This document shows, piece by piece, positions 58,098 through 64,000 of a stretch of 64,000 nt of DNA. The stretch spans positions 57,226,001-57,290,000 of the forward strand of contig OZ024748.1 in the NCBI GenBank assembly GCA_964016885.1. Direction: 5' to 3'. The position numbers were made by a program, and so were the translations under genes. The stretch comes from Eledone cirrhosa (taxonomy: Eukaryota). The stretch's first letter is position 1; each line of letters starts with the position of its first letter. The notes beneath the pieces were generated by a model. The model had not been told where the DNA came from, searched no databases, and worked only from the letters and a program-made list of their open reading frames with translations.

Positions 58098-58126
58098 GTC
58101 TGTGTGTGTGTATATATATATATGTC

Positions 58127-58157
<31 letters not shown>

Positions 58158-58218
58158 GTCTGTGTGTGTATATATATGTGTGTGTGTGTGTATATATATA
58201 TACACATATATATATATA

Positions 58219-58266
<48 letters not shown>

Positions 58267-58704
58267 AGTGTGAATATGCGTTGCTGAGTGGTTAGAGAAT
58301 TGTATCTGCAATCATGAGGATGTGAGTTCGATTCCCGGACCGGGCAATGCATTATGTCCTTGAGCATGACACTTAATTTTATGTTGCTCCTTCTGCCTGG
58401 ATTTGCAACTGCTAGATAGTATTAGCAATTGGAAAGACCAAGGGAAACATTGTTTCCCTGGTCCGATTTGACGAGCTCCACCCCTTTAGTTAAGTGAATT
58501 AGGTCTGGGATCCTTTCTATCGACTATTTATATATATCATATATATATATACTGAAGATATATCATATATATATATATATACTGAAGAGATATATATATA
58601 TATATATCATATATATATATACTGAAGATATATCATATATATATATATATACTGAAGATATATATATATCATATATATATATATTTTCTATATATTTTCA
58701 CCGA

Positions 58705-58927
58705 TGGGTGAAGAAGTGCCAGGAAATGCCAGTTGAAGGAAGACGTGGTAGAGGTAGACCACGAAAAACATGGGCGGAGGTGGTGAGAACAGACCTCAGA
58801 TCATTGAAGCTCACGGTGGAGATGACGAGGGACCGTGACGAGTGGAGAGATGCTGTGCTGAATAAGACCCGTCCCACCCTTGCAAGCAGGGAAAAGCGGA
58901 CGTAAAATGATGATGATGATGATGATG
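58705..58927 (+). mobile_element. RTE-type LINE 3' end with (GAT)n tail, inserted in a (TA)n-CTGAAGA satellite (58535-59382)
   Basis: VEGRRGRGRPRKTWAEVVRTDL...RDRDEWR. Confidence 0.9.
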
Positions 58928-60982
58928 ATATATACTGAAGAGATATATATATATATATATATCATATATATATATACTGAAGATATATCATATATATATA
59001 TATACTGAAGATATATATATATATATCATATATATATATACTGAAGATATATATATATATCATATATATATACTGAAGATATATATATATATACTGAAGA
59101 TATATATATATATTATATATATATATATATACTGAAGATATATATATATATTATATATATATATATATACTGAAGATATATATATATATATTATATATAT
59201 ATATATATATTATATATATATATATATATACTGAAGATATATATATATATATTATATATATATATATATATACTGAAGATATATATATATATTATATATA
59301 TATATATATACTGAAGATATATATATATATATTATATATATATATATATACTGAAGATATATATATATATACATACTGAAGAGAACATATTTAAAAGTTC
59401 ACATTTGCCATGTTTTGCACTCTAATGCCATGCATCAAAAGAAGTAGCGTGCTGAGGTAATGGGCTCTATGCTTTTCATTATCAAAATGCCATGCTTTAA
59501 ACAAACAGTGAAAGACAGAGAGAGAGGTGGAAGGGCATGCTTTTCTTAATCTTCTGGGCGCTTTAGGAACATTATGTCGCCAATAGAGTAATATCCCCTT
59601 AATACATAATGCAATGTCAAGGGATGCAATTCATAAAAAATTCAGTGTGCTAAAGATTAATCTTTAATCGGTAGAGGGTCGGACGCCATGCTTTGCAGCA
59701 TAGTTACAGCCATTTGAGGTTAACTTTGCCTTTCATCCTTATGGGGTCGATAGAATAAAATACCAGTAATGTACTGGGACAATTGCTAGCCTTGTGCCAA
59801 AATTAGAAACAATTAACAGTGAATTGGCAGTATCGGTGAAATGTCAGACAAAATGGCCTTAACATTCTGTGTTCAAATCATGCCTAGGTCAACTTTGCCC
59901 TTCATCTTTCTAGAGTCAATAAAATAAAGTAGCAGTTAAGTACTGGGGGGTTTGATAGAATCAATTTTCCCCTTCTCCAAAATTCTTGGATGTTTGCCTA
60001 AATCAGAAACCATTATTTTGGCAGCCCTTCCTACCAACCAATTTACAGTGTGTACTGGGTGCTTTTATCATGTACATCACCAACACTAAGAGCATGGCAA
60101 TCTCCCTAGAATTGGTAATTTACATGATAAACACACCCAGTACATGCTGTAAAGTGGTTGGTGATAAGAAGAGCATCGCATCCAGCCATAGAAATCTGGA
60201 CGAACAAAGTATAGGGAGGACCCTCAGTTGTGTCAAAGACACGACAAACTCTCCAGTGGACTTGGTGAAGCATTGACCATACATAAGCAAGACACAGATC
60301 CCTGGCCTGTCAGGGAGATCAGTGGCTCCACTTCAGTACTGACTTAGTCTATGTAGACCCGTCTAAACCTTGCTAACAGGGAAAGCAGATGTTAAAATGA
60401 CAACGATGATGATGATTGCTTACATCAGCTAGCCATCACTCCTGAACATTGCCCCCCCCCCCCTATCTGTTTTCTGATGAACTAATTTGCAACACAACTA
60501 TCAGCTATTGTGAGTAAGGGGTCATATACTTTCAACTTTCAATTTACAAAGGAAATGACCCACAGAAATGTGTCTGCCGTATATTTGTTGAAATTATATT
60601 TTTTCTGATTAATTCTAACCTTTGAATTTTGGAATATAAATTTTATTTACATAAATAATACCAAAGTGTATGTTATACCTGGGCATAAATAAAATCACAA
60701 CAAAAACTACTACTATTACCACCAACACCACATTTATTGCCATTACTACTACTACTACTACTACTGCTACTACTACTATTGCTAATTATACTATTAATTG
60801 AATAAAGAGAGCCCAACATCCTGCCTCATGCAAAAATAAAATAAAGAAATAAACAAAATAACAAATGAATGAATAAATAAACAAACAAACAAACAAACAA
60901 ATAAAGTAATTAAATAATAAACAAAACAAAAACAAAACAAAAGATAGATGAATATAAATTATATCATTGCCTTAGAGGATAC

Positions 60983-61084
60983 AATCTGATGCTGATTAGA
61001 GGGGCTTCGCAGGATTAATTTGTTCATCTCCTGTTTTTTCTTTCCTTCACGCTCTTGAGCAGCAAATGATGTTTTTAATTCATT
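60983..61084 (-). CDS. CIBAR1: FAM92/CIBAR coding exon (NELKTSFAAQEREGKKKQEMNKLILRSPSNQHQI), ending at a U12-type donor
   Basis: ctcttactttcag acceptor; 102 nt in frame; donor GTATCCTC; resembles recalled FAM92A DDLKATLTARNREAKQ...RNPSDRHVI. Confidence 0.9.
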
Positions 61085-61199
61085 CTGAAAGTAAGAGGAG
61101 TGAAAGAGAGAAAAGATGGAATAAGTATCTGGTAGATTGGATGGGGAGAAGTATAAAAATAGTTCCCATATATATAATAAGTGCAGCTGCCATGACAGA

Positions 61200-61880
61200 A
61201 AAGCACTCAATCTACCCAGTAAGGTAGTAATACTGGAGCCACAATAAAAAGCACCCAGTCCACCTTGTAAGTCAGTAATATTGGTGCCACGATAAAAAGC
61301 ACCCAGTCCACCTTGTAAGTCAGTAATACTGGTGCCACGATAAAAAGCACACAGTCCACCTTGTTAGGTGGTAGTATTGGTGCCATGATAAAAAGCATTC
61401 AGTCCACCCAGTATGGTAGTTGTGCTACTACCACAATAAAAAGCACCCAGTCCACCTTGTAAGTTAGTAATACTGGTGCCACGATAAAGAGCACCCAGTC
61501 TACTTTGTAATGTAGTAGCACTGGTACCATGATAAAAGGTACCCAGTCCACCTAGTAAGGTACCACGATAAAAAGCACCCAGTCCCACTTGTAAGGTAGT
61601 AATACTGGTGCCACGATAAAAAGCACCCAGTTCACCCTGTAAGGCAGGAGTTCTCGTGTGACGATAAAGAGCACCCAGTCTACTTTGTAATGTAGTAGCA
61701 CTGGTACCATGATAAAAGGTACCCAGTCCACCCAGTAGGGTACCACGATAAAAAGCACCCAGTCCCATCTGTAAGGTAGTAGTACTGGTGCCACAATAAA
61801 GAGAACCTGATCCACCCTGTGAGGTGGTAGTACTGGTTCCACAATAAAAAGCACCCAGGCCACTCTGTAAGGTAGCAGTG
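61200..61880 (+). repeat. About 48-bp tandem array derived from an internal SINE segment
   Basis: ggtgccacgataaaaagcacccagtccaccttgtaaggtagtaatact units. Confidence 0.9.
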
Positions 61881-61987
61881 CACTACTTTGCCCCATGGGC
61901 TATAATGATGTTAAGATAGCCCTGACTGCACTAAACCAGCTCCAGATAGTTAAATGTAGCTGATTACTGGTGAGGAGAATAGTTTAC

Positions 61988-62056
61988 CTTCTTTTGTTTA
62001 CACTTGGATCCATAGTCAGAGAGAAGTCTCAAGACATTGGTATCAAGGCGCTGCAC
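61988..62056 (-). CDS. CIBAR1: FAM92/CIBAR BAR-domain protein, coding exon (VQRLDTNVLRLLSDYGSKCKQKK); upstream exons lie beyond the window
   Basis: tttcag acceptor and gtaaac donor, 69 nt, phase 0/0; resembles the recalled human FAM92A segment VERLEAKVVEPLKTYGTIVKMKR. Confidence 0.9.
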
Positions 62057-63099
62057 CTGAAATTAACAAATGATGAACATTAAAGTGACAAATTGGCAGT
62101 GTCATTACAACATCAGATAGAATACTTTGCATTATTTATTCCAGCTTACTAGACTCTGAGTTCAAAACCCACCAAGGTTAATTTTGTCTTTCATGCTTTT
62201 GGGGTCGACACAAACAAATACCATTCCATTCTTGCTCTATATCACTTTATTATTTCCTCTCTCTCTCACTCTTATTTTCCTTCTCTAAGAGAAATTAACT
62301 GTGTTCAAACCTGGAGGAGGGATGGCTACCACTAAGTTTTAAATACTGAAAGCACACCCTATGTCATGACGGCGCCCTTATGGATCCATGAAGTGGTACT
62401 GGTGTTTTCATACGGCAGAATTGATAGAGTGTCGGACACCATGCTTTGCAGCATAGAGTTATGGCCCTTTACGGTCTGAGTTCAAATCCCGCCGAGGTTA
62501 ACTTTGCCTTTCATCCTCACGGGGTCGATAAAATAAAGAACCAGTAATGCACTGGGGTAATAAGTAGAAACAATTATTATTTTTTTGTTGTTGTTTTCAA
62601 AGTAAGCAGAGTTCCGTTTTTCATGATGCAATTATTGCCATAGAAATAAGAGAGCTTAATTCAGTGATTCCTAACCTTTTCACCTTTATTTAACCCCTTA
62701 GCATTTAAACTGGCCATATCCGGTCAGAATTTTCTCACCTATTTCTGTTCAAACTGGCCATAACCAGCCACTCATACCAATGTTAAGGTATTGTTCTCAA
62801 AATAAATAACATCAAAATCTCATAGATTTGATAGTATTTGAGATAATTATGTGAGATAAAGCCTTAACCATGAAAATATAATAGTAAATATAGAGTAATG
62901 TGAATGGTAAAGGGTTAAATGCTCCCCACATGAACAGCCAGGCACCTTACAATTACTCTCCTTCTAAACTGTGATAAGACAAGAATAAGACAGGTCATAG
63001 AATCATGTCTCAATTACATCTTCCATATTTGGGATGGTTTCTACTGCTGAGTGCTTTTCCTAATATCAACTAACTTTCAGTGTGGGATGGGTTTGTTTT

Positions 63100-64000
63100 A
63101 TGGTGGCACTAGCATGACCACTTTACAGAGTGTACTGGGAGTATTTTATCATGGCACCAACACTGCCATTATACAGAGTGTACTGGGAGTATTTTATCAT
63201 GGCACCAGCACTATCAGTTTACAGAGTGTACTGGGAGTATTTTATCATGGCACCAACACTGCCATTATACAGAGTGTACTGGGAGTATTTTATCATGGCA
63301 CCAGCACTATCATTTTACAGAGTGTACTGGGAGTATTTTATCATGGCACCAACACTGCCATTATACAGAGTGCACTGGGAGTATTTTATCATGGCACCAG
63401 CACTATCATTTTACAGAGTGTACTGGGAGTATTTTATCATGGCACCAACACTGCCATTATACAGAGTGTACTGGGAGTATTTTATCATGGCACCAGCACT
63501 ATCATTTTACAGAGTGTACTGGGAGTATTGTATCATGGCACCAGCACTATCATTTTACAGAGTGTACTGGGAGTATTTTATCATGGCACCAACACTGCCA
63601 TTATACAGAGTGTACTGGGAGTATTTTATCATGGCACCAGCACTATCATTTTACAGAGTGTACTGGGAGTATTGTATCATGGCACCAGCACTATCATTTT
63701 ACAGAGTGTACTGGGAGTATTTTATCATGGCACCAGCACTATCAGTTTACAGAGTGTACTGGGAGTATTTTTATCATGGCACCAGCACTATCAGTTTACA
63801 GAGTGTACTGGGAGTATTGTGTCATGGCACCAACACTGCCATTATACAGAGTGTACTGGGAGTATTTTATCATGGCACCAGCACTATCAGTTTACAGAGT
63901 GTACTGGGAGTATTTTATCATGGCACCAGCACTATCAGTTTACAGAGTGTACTGGGAGTATTTTATCATGGCAGCAGCTCTATCAGTTTACAGAGTGTAC
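63100..64000 (-). repeat. Homogeneous 48-bp tandem array, homologous to 61200-61880 but inverted; runs off the window end
   Basis: acagagtgtactgggagtattttatcatggcaccagcactatcagttt units with two alternating variants. Confidence 0.95.

Larger units (their letters stand above)
53596..60982 (-). other. U12-type (minor spliceosome) GT-AG intron, about 7.4 kb
   Basis: Donor GTATCCTC (60982-60975) fits RTATCCTY; branch site TTTTCTTAAC (53614-53605) is 9 nt from the exon, with no classical polypyrimidine tract. Confidence 0.85.

Noticed and set aside
58535-59382. Many CTGAAGA motifs resembling a hammerhead array or a CRISPR-like repeat
   Set aside because: No GAAA or closing stems; the spacers are just (TA)n
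63100-64000. CRISPR-like appearance of the 48-bp arrays (also 40006-40605 and 51497-52316)
   Set aside because: No unique spacers and no cas genes; eukaryotic minisatellites

Overview
AT-rich, microsatellite-saturated animal genomic DNA; the repeat repertoire points to an octopus (inference). Almost all ORFs in the supplied track are artefacts of (TA)n, (CA)n, (CT)n or (GAT)n repeats. The one clearly supported gene is the 3' part of a FAM92/CIBAR (CBY1-interacting BAR domain) gene on the minus strand. Seven coding exons lie between 62056 and 45693, including a 6-nt microexon (TCTCAG, Ser-Gln, 53590-53595) preceded by a 7.4-kb U12-type (minor spliceosome) GT-AG intron. The gene-poor left 40 kb holds at least eight type I hammerhead ribozyme folds plus truncated ones, from several unrelated families. 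They sit in or beside (TA)n tracts and are often rearranged into palindromes, which fits Penelope-like elements or non-LTR retrozymes. Other elements include an RTE-type LINE with a twin-priming 5' inversion and 12-bp TSD, Tx1/L1 and R4-like LINE ends in microsatellites, two tRNA-derived SINE families, piggyBac-, Tc1/mariner- and Helitron-type non-autonomous elements, and several minisatellites, some derived from transposon segments. All calls were made by eye; no database search or folding program was run.
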